Assembly: GCF_009914755.1 (NCBI RefSeq)
Contig: NC_060925.1
DNA length: 64,000 bases
Source of the DNA: the human T2T-CHM13v2.0 reference genome, Homo sapiens
Reading direction: 5' to 3' (one strand)
Part shown: positions 11,896 to 26,653 of the stretch, in pieces
Layout: each line of letters begins with the position of its first letter
Numbering within the stretch: position 1 is the stretch's first letter
Program-made: the position numbers and the translations under genes
Notes under the pieces: model-generated
Told to the model about the DNA's origin: nothing
The model's database searches: none
The model's input: the letters and a program-made list of their open reading frames with translations, nothing else

Positions 11896-14833
11896 GCATT
11901 ATAAAAAGAAACATGAGAACTTGCAAGTTTTTTGCCCTCACACTCAATGTCTAGCCCAGAACTGACTTCTGCTCACAACCTATTGGCTCAAACTACTCTC
12001 ATGGCTACACCAAACAATAGTAGGTCATAAATTGCAATCCTAACATATTTGTGAGAATATTTGTCGTTTAGTCAATGACTCCTACATAGCCTACAATTAG
12101 AAAATGTGTAGATACGATTAACTTAAAGGACCTATGTCTTTTAAATATAGATAACATAGCTTCCAAACCAGTGATATGAGAAGGCAGTATTTTAGAGTTT
12201 TTGTTTACCTTCCATTAAATTTTTCTAGGTGTTTCGCACAGGTCATGATTATACAGGAGAAGAAAACTCAAGTTTTTTTTTACGTTAAATAACTTCTCTT
12301 CCATCATACTGGTTATTAGTAGTAGAGTTAGCATTTAATCTAGCTTGTCTATGTTCTGTCTACTGCATTGAGCAATTGCTGTGTATGACGATGGTATAAG
12401 AATACTGTCGTGAATTTTCAGAGTACTAGAAATTTGAAGTAGAGATTTCTTAAGTTTGATAAGTAATGATCATTCTACCATTTTTCATTGATCCTTTTAT
12501 TTATAAATAGGTATAGATCACCCATGGTTCAGGATTTAACTTTGAAGTAGAGATAAAACAATATCAAGACACAAATTAGTACTTTAAATTTTTTCATCAA
12601 ACTTATTGATGAATGTGTAGAAGGCTTTTTTGAAGTTTCATACTTTATAGTAAAGACAATGAGGCAAGGACTTACCCTTACCTCCCTAACATCTGTTCTC
12701 CCCTCACTTTTAGTAAGATATTTGGTTGTATTCTATATTGCAGCAACCTTACTATATTCTGCAGGTGAAATATATAAGTGGAAGCCTTCAGGTCTCTGGT
12801 TTAGCAGCCAAATCTAATTCTGATGCACTTCTCTACCAATATTTTTGTCATTATTCTTGGAGTCTTCATTATCAGTGAAGACAATTTACTTAACATCCTG
12901 GCTTCTCAGTTTCTTAGCCTCATCAACTCGAAAAATCTGTGTTTTTTTTTTACTTGACCTCATCCAGTCATCCACATCCCTATCTTGATTCTTAGCATGA
13001 GTTTGTTTCTCAAGTCTTTGTTCAGTGATTGTTAAAACATTGCATTACTGCCTCCCAATTGTCACATTACTGATGATCCTATGTGCTCTCTGGGCCTTTG
13101 CACTTGATATTCTCCTTGCTTTTTTCCAGATATGTGCATGGTTGTTTTTCTTTCAGCACAGACATCACCTCCTAAGAAAGGCATTCCGTGCCAGACTGAG
13201 GTAAAGTGACTCATTTGCCTGATTACATTTATTAACAACAGTTTTTGTGACCTAAAAGTATTTATTTATATGTTTATTTTCCATTTGCCTCCTATAAAAT
13301 AAGGAGAGTTTTTTCTGTCATTTTTTTCCACTGCTGCATACCAAGAGCCAAAAATGGTGCCTTATAAGAGGAAACTAAATAAATCCCTATTAAACAAATG
13401 CATTATCATATGGCTTATTAATATATCTGTAGAAAAGTTACCTTGTAGAAATGGTTAATAATTAATAATTAATCAATTAATTAATTTACAATTAAGTGGT
13501 AGAATTAATTAATTATTAAGTGTATTTGAATGGAAAAGGTGAATAAGAGGAGTCACAGCTTTCTTACACATACCAAAATTGATACATCCTTTATGATAAA
13601 ATTCTTAATAATGTCAAGAAAATTTAAAAATTAAATTATTGCATGGAAGGTATTCACTTAATGAAAAATATACTTACCAACATAGAAATTTGTACTCATA
13701 TCACATAAAATTCCATTTGGATTTTCATCAAATGTGAGTATATTTTGAAGAGTATAATTTATGTAGCACAGACAAAATTTATTTTGCAGAGACATGAGAA
13801 ATACCTCAAAGTGATACGAAGTTGATAGACCCCTGCCACACAAATACAACACTGAAGATGGATTTTCATCAAACGTGGAGGGTATGTTGGAATACAGGCC
13901 ATGTAGCATACATGAAAGTCACTTTATGGGTAACTAGGGCACTGAAGAGAAAGAGGTAGATATCACCTCAAGCAGCTGACTCAGAGTCACAAAGAGATAC
14001 TTTTGTAGTGGCTGATTGAGAAAGATGGGCTGGACAAATTCAGAAGTTGTGGACAAAGAAAGCAAATAGCGGTTTCAAGTACAAGCTCCAAATCTAAAAG
14101 CACAGAAGGAGATTCTCCTAATTGCAAGCATCAATGTGAATTTAACTCTTCTACATTGCCAACCTATGTAGAAATCCATGGGTAAGAGAGTGTATAATGA
14201 TGGCTAATCATGGGCCAGAGGCAAAAAGGGTAGATGACACCAAATTTTTAAAAATCATCAGGGATTTATATTTTCCTAAAAATACTAATATTCTGTGTAG
14301 CAAGGTGACCCCTTAGGGAACAAGGTCCCTTTTGTGAAGTCAGTATACATCAGATTGGAAACTGCCACCCACAGTCGGTGAAGAGGGGCAGGAGGCCAGT
14401 TGAGTGAAATGTACCCAAGAAGTAACTGAGAGAGAAACAGCATTATATAAGAAACGAACTTTTAAAACTGTGCAATGGCTTTCTTACAAATAAAGTGATG
14501 ATTGAAAAGGGAAGGCTGCAGCTGAAAGATAAGATATAAGAGTACTTTGGTCAGAGAGACAGTTTGAGAAAAAAGGACAGGAAAATGTTGGTAGCCAAGG
14601 TCCCAACTCTCTAGCAACAGAAATTGAGCTGTGTAAATTCCACTGCTACCAAATAATGGAATGAAATGCAAGTATTAAAAATGATATAAAACTACATTTA
14701 TTGATTTACAAAGATGTCCCTGATATATTGTTAATAGAAAAAGTTTAAAGAAATACATATAGTATTCTCTCCTTTTTTTAAATACCAGGGAAAAAATAGA
14801 GGAGCATATCCCAATATTAAAACCTGATAAGTC

Positions 14834-15134
14834 GGCCGGGCGCGGTGGCTCACGCCTGTAATCCCAGCACTTTGGGAGGCCGAGGCGGGTGGATCACGAG
14901 GTTACGAGATAAAGACCATCCTGGCTAACACGGTGAAACCCCGTCTCTACTAAAAATACAAAAAATTAGCCGGGTTTGGTGGTGGGAGCCTGTAGTCCCA
15001 GCTACTAGGGAGGCTGAGGCAGGAGAATGGCGTGAAACCAGGAGAGGGAGCTTGCAGTGAGCCAAGATGGCGCCACTGCACTCCAGCCTGGGTGACAGAG
15101 CGAGACTCCATCTCAAACAAAACAAAACCAAACC
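14834..15134 (+). mobile_element. AluY
   Basis: accatcctggctaacacggtg and gagaatggcgtgaa diagnostics, CpG-rich. TSD AAACCTG(A/G)TAAGTC at 14820-14833 and 15135-15148. Confidence 0.95.
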
Positions 15135-15233
15135 AAACCTGGTAAGTCAGAGGGGCAATTTAATCTTTTTTATGCTTGAATTTTCTATTTTCCTTCAAAC
15201 TAAATATACTAATTATGTAATAAGAAGTACTCA

Positions 15234-15563
15234 GGCTGAGTGTGGTGGTTTATTCCTGTAATCTCAGTACTTAGGGAGGCCAAGGTGGTAGGACCACTTG
15301 AGACCAGGAGTTCAAGACCAGGCTGGGCAACACAGTGAAGCCTCATCACTAGAGAAATATTTTAAAAATCAGCTGGGCCTGGTGGTGCATGTCTGTGGTC
15401 CCAGATACTCAGGACACTGAGGTGAGAAGATTGCTTGAGCCCAGGAGGTCAAGGCTGCAGTGAGCCATGATGATGCCACTTCACTCCAGCTTGGGAGACA
15501 CAGCAAGACGCTGTCTCAAAAAAAAAAAAAAAAAAAAAGAAAAAGAAAAGAAAAAAAAGAAAA
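15234..15563 (+). mobile_element. AluJ
   Basis: ttgcttgagcccaggaggtcaaggctgcagtgagccatga, long A tail. Confidence 0.93.
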
Positions 15564-16097
15564 ATGAATCACACTTCAACAATTGCTAGTCTGGAATAAA
15601 TCATTAAAATGATTCCTATGTATCCTCACATATGAAAAATATACATTGAGACACACTAGATGAGAAGAGCAAATCAATATCAGGAGTCATAATCCTTATA
15701 GTATGTGTCAGGGATACTCTAATAGAAAATAACATCCCGATGGTCAGCCTGAAATCTGAGAAAATGACATCTTCATTTTGTAGAGAATGCTAGAGACATT
15801 CACTAGTATAGTGATGACAAAAACGACATTTTCCTAAAGACATTCAGCATCCAGTCATCTTTTTACTTGTTAAGGCTCAAAATAAGTTTGATAGATCATA
15901 ATATTTGCTTTGGTTCTTTATACTACCAACTCTAATAGAGAGAAAGTTTACTTACCATGAGTATACTTCAGGGGTGCTCTTAAAATCGAATACACACGCA
16001 CATATTATTATAAGCAGCTTTTTTATAGAATACCTGGAATAGAGATTATTAGCAAAAATTAACATGATAACAAAGCAAGTAGCTGAAATTTTATAGG

Positions 16098-16268
16098 CAG
16101 AGCTGGCTTCCAAGGGGCTTATACAGTTGTAGAGAGCCCAGTGCTTAGAAATACCAGCATTTGGTTTAATACTCTGATGTCATCATCTTGAAATTTTTAA
16201 TAATTTTTTAACAAGAAGTTCTGCCTTTTTATTTTGCACTGGGCTCCACAAATTATATTTCTGATCTT
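16098..16268. mobile_element. MER91-like hAT DNA transposon remnant
   Basis: catcttgaaatttttaataatttt...ttttattttgcactgggctccacaaattat. Confidence 0.5.
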
Positions 16269-17289
16269 GCTTATAGTATGATATAACTTGTGATCAACAT
16301 TGTTCTAGGATGAGATAAGAAAGGTCACACTGTCAAACTGAAAGATTAATTAATTTGATGTCAAATATATAGGTGTTAGAAATAGAGCCACGTGCCTATC
16401 TGGGTATTGGCTATAGCAAATATTTCTTTGAAAGATAGTGAGAAATTTAGTTTTTAAAAAGTTACATGCTTAGTAAAGTAAATATTATTCTTTAAGATTT
16501 GTATACAGCAGGATATCAAACTTGTGCTTACATTTATGATTAAATTCCAAGGTGTTCTGAAGATTGGTTCAATAATTCCCTGATATAAAAAGACCATTTT
16601 TTGAAGGATTAAAGTTAGCATAATCAGGAAATAAACTAGAATTTCTAAAATTGGATTATTTCAGTATATTATTATTTGAGTAGACTTTGTCTATGTCAGG
16701 GTTTGTGAGCATCAAAAACTGGCTATTACAGGTAGCTCTAGGATCTTATGAGAGGAGTAAGAAGCAATTGAACAGTTTTACACTTATTCATTGCATACAA
16801 GATTTACCCAGGTATTTATTTCTGCTGCTTCAGCATTTTTTACAAAGGCTTTGGAAAGACAGGATGTGGGCTAACAATGGTAGTCTTTAAGTACAGCATT
16901 TTCTTTTTTAATATAAAAAGCAAGTGAGAGAGAAAAGACTTTGTTTTGCTAATAAGAACAGAACCTAGCTTAGTAAATATGATACCCTCTCACAAATCCG
17001 TAAAGAACTGAAAGTTTATGCAATTTTAAAATACCTCAGGAAATGTTTATGAATATCTTTTAATTCGAAGTCATTTAACTTGCATTTAAATATGCTAGCT
17101 TAGCAAAATCATATTGGTAATTTCATTGGTACAAATGAAATAGAACTGAATGGTGTGGGATTTGGGGAAAAGAAAGAAAATTAAAATTATTGCCTTTAGG
17201 AAAATACACTTTATAACATAAGAAACTTTGTATAAGTTTATCTCCCCCAAAAAATTGGTTTTGAAAGATTTGAATTCAAGCAGTTAGTG

Positions 17290-17470
17290 GAGAGACCAGT
17301 GTGGGAATCCTTACTGCTTTACTTATTTGCCGACTTAGAGCAGGTTATATAACCTCTCCCAGCAACATATTCTTCATTTGCAAGCTGGGGCTGGTTGTAG
17401 CACTTTTCTTTCAATGTTGCTTGAAGATTGCATAAAAATATATGCAAAATAGGTGGCATGTGAATATGCA
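17290..17470 (+). mobile_element. MIR
   Basis: gacttagagcaggttatataacctctc...ttcttcatttgcaagctgggg, a degenerate MIR core. Confidence 0.55.
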
Positions 17471-20329
17471 CAACAGATGCTATCTCTCACCTTGATCTTT
17501 ATTTTTATTTGGTAAAATAATATATACATATTGTCACATGTATAAATATTTGCCTATCCTTTATGTCAGTCTACTAAACTGGCATAAAAGTGAACCCAGA
17601 GTCCCACTCTTCCTCCTCTGTGCTCCTCTCAATGTACTTTTCATCTCTGAACACCTCCAATCTCCCCCAGGATCTGACTTTTTCTCATACTCTGGCCTAG
17701 GTCAGTTAAGGTGGGAAGAGAAATATATATATATATCTTCCCAGTCCAAACTTAAAATCCAATTACTGCAAGGCAAACATATCTCATTATAACTAAGATT
17801 GTCTACCACTCAACATTAACTTTGGTATGTTAATATGCTAAAAAGAGTCCCTGTTTTCCTTTATTAACTGTCCCAGACATTCCCTTCTGTACTTCCATTT
17901 CGATAGGCCATGGCTTGCAGGTAATGTGACAGTGCCCTGCTCTGAGAAAAGAATAATCTTAGTGTCAGGAATCCTGGACAAAAAAATATTGATAAAAATG
18001 CATTTATAAATAGAGTTTATGTCATACAACAAGTTAGTTGGTGAGATACATCTTGAACATTTAATGAAGAAATTGACTTTTCTGAGGGACATGGATGGTT
18101 TTACTGTAGAAAGGTAAGTAAATCAAAGCAAGCTGTATAAACATTGGTCTGAGTGAAAGCAGACACATGTTTCACACGAGTCAATCTTTATGGGGTCCCA
18201 AACTCTCCTAAAAGTACAAATTACCTTCATTAGAATATTAGACCAAAAGCAGTAGAGTCTCTTATAAAAATGAGTGAGATAGCCTGAATGAATCAGAGAA
18301 AATGACAGTGGTAAAGAATCACTGGTTGAGCAGTAGTTTTTCTCTCTGAATCTAAGCATGTAAACACTAAGAGAAGTATTACAGAACAATTCTGTTCCAT
18401 ATGAAATTTTCATTCATCCAACAATGAAAAAAAAGGATAAGCAATGATATTGTTGAAAAATTACTTGAACAATTTAAGACGGGTCTGTATACTTTGCCAT
18501 CAGAACAGCCCAGTTGAAATAATAAATTATATGCCTGAGAAGTGCTATAGCTTAGCGAGATTGATTTGTAATGTCATGCAACCCACTGCCATTGCACTGT
18601 GCATTTGTGTTTGTGTAATGTTTATGTAGCAAAGGCCGAGAGAACCTATAGTTGAACTTTGCTTATGTGTTAATTTTCCTGAAGTGTCTGAAAGAGTACT
18701 TTTTATAAAGAAGCACGTATTGTTTTGGTAGACACTACACTGAAGACCATGAGAAGCTACCTGTCTCCCATTTTGGTAGCTCTCCGTTTTACATCTTAGC
18801 AACATGCAGTGCCACTAACAAGTTGGAGACGCAGAGAGCTACATCCTTCTCCACCATATGGAAATTTAGGAAGTGTATTTATTTCCTAGTCAAAGTCTAG
18901 TATTTAGATGGCTCTCAACAATTAGTCAATGAAAATAATATCTTCTTAGAATTTTTTAAATACCATAAAAAATACTCAAAAAGTAAATTATCTTCCAAAA
19001 TAATAATAGTGCATATCTCTCTATAGATACACATATAACACACACATTAATGCACACTCCAAGACATATATGTACATGATACATTCATGAACATTTAAGA
19101 GAAATAACATTTTTTGCTAAGAATTCAACAACAACTATTTTAAATTTTAAATATAATGTAAACAAATATATAACTGGTCTGATATAACTGAATATATTTT
19201 AGTAAATATGTTCAGGCTTATTCTGATTGATTTATATATGAATTCCCCAATTTAAACTATCTCCACCTTAAGAAATTATTTAATGTGGTTAATGTGCATA
19301 TTAAATAATGTCAATGAGAAAGGCACAGAGCAATCTCTTCCCCTGTCAAAGCATTTGCATTTAAGATTAAAAAGCAGTACACAGAAGTTTTATAACATAG
19401 AAAACAGCAGGGTTATTAAAAGGATTGTCAACAGAAATTCAAAATACTGACTTCAAGTAACTTGGTCACACTGGTTATGAATGACTATTCCTTTGTTTAA
19501 AAATCATTTTTAAAGCAATTACTCCTTCATTTAACCTACAATATTGTTGGCATAAAATCAATATTAAATCCTATAACTGAAGCCAGATTGTATAGAAATA
19601 AGTAATTTATGTTTTATCTCTCAGTCATTTCTCTGGAGTGTCTCCACAGACTGCAGAGTAAGTGGAATACACCTAGAATTCATGTTATAAAGCTATCTTA
19701 TCCTATTGCTTGTACGCAAAATAGCATATGGTTATAGTAAAAATTAAAAAGGTAAATTGCTTGCATTCATCAGGTATTATGCATAACACGTGGCTCTAAA
19801 TGCACTCATTCGTTAATATAGGCAGTGCATCTTTGCATTTTTATTCAGTATATGACATTATGATTGAGACTGATGAAATTCTATAATATGTAAATGTTAC
19901 TCTATGCTTTTAAAAACACTATGGTTTACTTAGTCTTTAAACTCATTTAAAATATGTTAAAAAGTAAGTTTAGTTCTATAGAAATTATAATACAGAATTC
20001 AAATATTTTTTCTTTTGCTAAATCTAGATATTCATATGTGGGCCAAGACCCATTTTTATATCATATTCAACCAAATAACTAAATTTATATGATTTTCTAG
20101 TTAAGGATGATGTTTACAACCTAAGAAAATGATCCAAAATGCAAATCGAAACATTTTGCATTCAGTTGAAATCATTTTAAAAATCTTTCTTCAGGATACA
20201 AGATAAATTGCAAGTATTGCATGATCTGTGAAATACTCAATGATCTCTTCTCTCCTTACTTATCCACCTGTATCTCGGTTCTCCAGTCAGCTCCTGCCTC
20301 CTTCCTTATTCCAGGGTCCACAGAATCAA

Positions 20330-20880
20330 GGTATTTAGAAGACTGAGAGTTCACTGAAATGTGTGCCCACAGTTGGTCCTTACAACCTTAACTCCTAAGT
20401 CCACCTCTGAATTCATCTTCAGCTGTAGAAAACAGTTGTGGCCATGCTGATAACATTCCACTCTAAATGCTGCATCTCTCTTCTCGTCTTCACGAGAGCA
20501 AATTCCAGTCCCATGAAAGCTTGCTGGCTAAGACCAGGTGCAACTGAAGTTCAGAGGAGTAACTGCTTCAAGGCACAACATCCAACCAATGGTGTGTCTG
20601 TCAGGGGAATGAGGTGGGAGAGTGGAAGTTGTTCAATAGCCTAGCCTCTCCATCTTTCTGGGGAACAATTTGGAAGTATGTCCTACATAGTTCCTCATAA
20701 GGCCCCAACAGACCTGCACCTCGATGCCAAAAATAGCCACCCGTTTATTAACACATACGTTGTCTCCTTTTCCTCCTTACTGTTTCTTTTACAGTGTTTT
20801 TTTACTCTTGTTTTCTGGACCATCTCTCACAAAAAGTACCTGTTCCTAACTCTTTGTTCCTGGGTTTACTTAACCTTAAA
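20330..20880 (+). mobile_element. LTR16-like ERVL LTR
   Basis: The 3' part (ttctggaccatctctcacaaaaagtacctgttcctaactctttgttcctggg) resembles the LTR16 3' end. Confidence 0.45.
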
Positions 20881-21289
20881 TGAGCAGTAAACACCCTGTT
20901 GAGTTGGAGCATCCATGTCCAATATAAAAGCATTTGAGTTATACCAAACAGAGGAGGAGGCAGGGTGGGGGGTAGGAGGGTGCTGTCATACCCAGGTGTA
21001 GGCCTCTGTGATTAATCTCTCTGATGTGGAATTGCTTGAAGTTCCTTGCATACATCAGATTATTACATGCCTCTGTGTCTTCTATCGTGCTGTTTTCTGA
21101 CTGAGATGCTCTTCCTCTGCTTCTTCACTCAGATAACTTCTTATCTTCAAAAAAGCAGCTCAGATATTATGTTCCAGAAAGCTTTCTCTTATACCTAAAA
21201 CAGAACCAAGCTTCTCCCATGGCAACCAGCACAAATTTCATGTTAGAACCCTTAACACATTGTATTGAGATGATCTATTAAGATGCATT

Positions 21290-21851
21290 CTTTTCTCTTT
21301 TTTTCTTTTTTTTATTATATTTTTAAGTTCTAGGGTACATGTACACAACGTGCAGGTCTGTTACACATGTATACATGTGCCATGTTGGTTTGCTGCACCC
21401 ATTAACTTGTCATTTACATTAGGTATATCTCCTAATGTTATCCCTCCCCGCTCTCCTTACCCGATGACAGGCCCCGGTGTGTGAAGTTTCCCACCCTGTG
21501 TCCAAGTGTTCTCATTGTTCAATTCCCATCTATGAGTGAGAACATGTGGTGTTCGGTTTTTTGTCCTTGGGATAGTTTGCTGAGAATGATGGTTTCCAGC
21601 TTCATCTATGTCCCTACAAAGGACATGAACTCATCCTTTTTTTATGGCTGCATAGTATTCCATGGTGTATATGTGCCACATTTTCTTAATCCAGTCTGAT
21701 TAATGATGGACTTTTGGGTTGGTTCCAAGTCGTTGCTATTGTGAATAGTGCGGCAGTAAACATACGTGTGAATGTGTCTTTATAGCAGCATGATTTATAA
21801 TCCTTTGGGTATATACCCATTAATGGGATGGCTGTGTCAAATGGTATTTCT
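21290..21851 (-). mobile_element. L1PA 3' end, 5'-truncated
   Basis: Poly-T then ttaagttctagggtacatgt...cccatctatgagtgagaacatg...gtcaaatggtatttct. Includes the ORF2 C-terminal remnant (EIPFD..IPL.GIYPKDYKSCCYKDT). Confidence 0.95.
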
Positions 21852-21984
21852 TTTAGACTGCGTTGTAAGTTCTTTGAGAAAAGGAGCCAGAACACTTTGG
21901 CTTTGGGACTCCAGGGTAGCACATTACCTGTCATGTACTAGACACTGAAAATAATAAACGGGTTAATACTTTTTTTCAAAAAGC

Positions 21985-22200
21985 AGTTATAAGATGTCAG
22001 GCAGTGTTTTAAGTGCTATACCTGTATTCCATCCTCATGACAACTTTTTGAGGTAAGTACTATTAGTATCATCATGTAAAAAAAAAAAATTAAGAAACTG
22101 AAGCATAGTGAAGCTAACTGGCCTGCAGTTCACTTAACTAGCAATTGATGAGCCCAAGACAGGCTGAGGCTCAAATCTATGCTCTTCAAAGCTACCTATC
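21985..22200 (-). mobile_element. MIR
   Basis: atcctcatgacaact...gaggtaagtactattag...aagaaactgaagcatag. Confidence 0.55.
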
Positions 22201-25114
22201 ATTGCTTCTCTCGAGTTAAATATTAAACAATAACATCTAACCAGTAGAACACACAATTTTTTAGCATTTTGGTATTTAATCTGGGCTAAACTCTGTTCTG
22301 TGTCTCTACATAGTTTTCAAAGGAAGAAACTAAAATTCACTCTCAAATCACATGATATTTATAAAAGCACTGGTAATAAAATACTTTCATCACAGCATTC
22401 CTAAAAAATCACATGACTTTTAAGTAACTAGTGTAGATTTCCTGCTGTACCAGAAATTTACTTAGAAAGTTTACTTGACGGTCTGAAAAATAAGATGCTC
22501 TGTTTACCTGTTACTGGTTTTTAGTGATTAATACTCTCTTGAGAAAAAAATTCAATGACTGTTTATGAAAATATTTATGATCGATAATCAACTTTCAATA
22601 CATTGTTTAGCTTTGTAAATAAACCCAAAATGTGAGGCTGCTAGTACACATGCTGTTAATGGCAGTATACTCGGTGAATTTCAGAGAACAAGCCTCCAGT
22701 GGCACTGCAAGCCATGTTTCACACTGCGTGCATCCTGTTTCCTGTCGACAGTGGCTATAATAGGCACATAAACTAAAATTTATGCACTATTTAATCTGTA
22801 AATGTTCTGTGCCTTTAGCCCCTAGCAATGGAAATATGCCAGTAGCTTTCTCTTATATAATTGTCTTTCTCCATCAGATTTCAGGAAATTTTAACTATTA
22901 TAAAGTTATAAATTTTTAACATGATATCTGCATTAGTAGGCCCACAATAATCTTAAATCCAGATGGTTATTTCAAAATAAAATAATACCATTGTCACCTG
23001 ATCAAAAAAGCCTACAGTCTACTTCCAAGATATATTTTAGTAAAAACAACTTTAAATGCATCATCTAAGTAAACTTGGGGAACCATTTACATATCTAGGA
23101 ACTTCAGGCCAAATCTCAATGGAAAGATAATACTTCTAAAGGCAGTATTTAAAAAAAAAATGAATGGAACAAGTTGAAGTGATTTATTTTTCTAGCCAAA
23201 TCATATAATTTAACATTGACCTTTACTTTCTACTAATCTAAATTTTTAACAATCTCTTTTATGCAATTATTTTAGTTACATTATTTACTCTCTACATTCT
23301 TCTAAGTAAATCTCAATAAGCAAACAAGAAATATTTGTATTATGATGATTATTTAAAATTTTAACTCTCTGTATTTTTTCTAATAAATATTCTAGTAAAT
23401 AGTAATTTTACCAGAAAATGAAAAGCAGAGAAAAAGAAAAATTAAATGAGAAGCCTATGAAAATGCACTATTTGTCCATTGATAATTAGGAATTTATGAA
23501 CCTAATCAAATGCATCATTTTTAAAAGTTACTTTCTAATTATGATCCCATAAACCAAAGCAATCTCTCCAATATAGAGAACTCAATGAAACAATAATATG
23601 TTTCAGGTTTCTGCTGGAGAGTTTAATATTATTATAAATGCCTACAAAATACTCCCGCTTTCATGGAAGTTGGGTTTATCAAAAGTAGGCATCCTGTTTC
23701 TTGAAGGCTTCAATCAGGTGTAAAATTTGAATATGCATTTGGCTCAACAGTTTTTAAGGATTTGTTCTGAGAGCTGTGGGCTAAACTATTAAGTATAATT
23801 TAATGAGAATATCTTATTTAATTTTGTATATTAGTTTAAAATTATATCTTTTTTATGCAAGACAACTACTAGAGATAAGAATGAAAAATCAATTTACTTG
23901 CATACTTCTTTAGAAGTTTCAACACTTTTTCCATGTAAGTTTAAGATCTTGCTTCTTCTATTTACATGTCAGAAATAAGACAGTGGCATTTTTGAACAAA
24001 AACATAATCATTGATGAGGATTGGAGAGATAGAATTGAGTGGTTTTGACTTTTAGGAAGTAGTTTATAATCTGGTATACCATGGATTTCTGAAGTGCAGA
24101 GTGATTACAAAGTGAAGGTGAATATTTTTGCATGTAAGTCATGGATGTAAAATAAATATGTAATATTACATCATGCACTTATATATCTCATTGTCTGAAA
24201 CACATAAATGCCATGATAAATAGTGTACATACTTACTTAAAAGCATTACTAAAATCACTGTAGTTTTTGTCATGGTGTATTTCTCAATCAACAGATGCTG
24301 AAAGTACCACAACAAGCATGGTGTAAGATTATATTGATACTATAAAAACATATTTGTGTTTGAAATAGTTGGGAAAAACTGCTCTGAAAGGCTGTCGCTA
24401 ACAGGCAAATTAGTCATATTTTCCTGAATGTATCACTCATCTGTGACTCAGAGAATAACTTTAATATATCACTATATTAAAAGAACCACTTTGTACCAGG
24501 AGTGAGGAGGTAAAGGACATAAATGACTTGTGAAGACAAAAAAAAAATTATTCTTATTTCCACAATCACATTTTATTAGAGATCTGAATTCTAAAATGTA
24601 AGCGTCAGTCAGAGAGACCATAGCAGAAATCTGTCTGAAAAACAAAATGCATGTAGACTCCAAATCACTTCTACCTTGGATGTGGCACATTGTCATTCAA
24701 CCAAAATCTCAACTATCAACATTATTTAATGTTACCCGCACCCTGTTTTCTGAATTTTTTTTTTTTTGCTATAAATGGATATAAGAAGAAGAATCACCTT
24801 CAAACACATCCAGGCCTCAATCTTCAAAATTTATGTGTATGTTAAGTTACAAGGCAAAGGGGAATTAAGGTAATGGATGAAATTAAGATTGCTAGTTAGT
24901 TGACCTTAAAACAGAGAGTATCATGGTTTATTCATGTGGAATCAATGTAGTCACAGGTGTCTCTAAATATGGAAGATAGAGGCAGAAAAGTCAATATTAA
25001 AATGATGCCATGGGAGAAAAACTGAAACCCCCAATGTTGGCTTCGGGAGGGAGCCATGAGCCAAGGGATGCAAGCAGCCTCTAGAAGCTGGAAAAGGCAA
25101 GAAAATGCATTCTT

Positions 25115-25576
<462 letters not shown>

Positions 25577-25592
25577 TTAAGAAACTAAATCT

Positions 25593-25913
<321 letters not shown>

Positions 25914-26653
25914 TTACAGCATATATCTTAGCACACTATATACTATACCTTGGCCCTCGCTATAATAGGAAACTAATACAGTGGGCTAAGTTATATGCAT
26001 TTGATAAATGTAAATTTTCATGAACAGGGAATGAATACAAGTGAAATCATAAATTATCTTAGCCCCTCCTCACGTAATTGTTGAACATAATGGCTTTTAT
26101 TTTGGAACTGACCATCACATACATAATAAGCACAGGTGCCTTGCTTCTCTTCAGGAAAAAAAAAAAAGCCAGTAGAAATGAGACAGAAATGTACAACTGT
26201 GCATTAGGTTGTTGTTGAAAAGCAAAAGTACGTTACCAAGTGGGATTAACTGATGGCCATTTTAGGACCACTTGGGCCTTTGACTTGGTCATTATAGTCC
26301 TGATTCTGCACAGAGGTGGGCAGAACTAATGAAAGCAGATGGCTTATAGGAAAATATGAGTGATCTATGAAGGATTTTGGGACTCTCTGAGGGAGAAGAA
26401 ATCCTTGGTGGAGGAGTAAAGTTACAAATAAAACTATAAATTATGCTGGGAAAGGCAGTTGAAGCTCTGAGTAACTATAATTTTGTTATTAAAAAGATCC
26501 ATATATTCAAGTGTAAAAAAAGGCTTAGTCATTTGATTTTCATTTAAATTTGTCTCTCTTAATGGATTAATGATTAATCAAGAGGGGAAAAAATATAAAA
26601 GAAACCCTTGTTCTCTAAAAAGAGAGCAGAGAGCAGAAGAGAGCAGCAAAGAG

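Larger units (their letters stand above)
9028..12050 (-). mobile_element. Degraded old MLT1 element, possibly LTR-internal-LTR
   Basis: Two similar MLT1J/K-like LTR ends at ~9028 and ~11009 in the same orientation, with MaLR-internal-like sequence between them. Confidence 0.4.

Noticed and set aside
17838-18805. Cluster of 60-96 aa ORFs in non-repetitive DNA
   Set aside because: No recognisable homology, consistent splice structure or processed-pseudogene hallmarks (poly-A plus TSD).
21686-21934. ORF with YPKDYKSCCYKDT (similar ORF at 40297-40500)
   Set aside because: These are C-terminal remnants of L1 ORF2 in truncated L1PA copies, not host genes.
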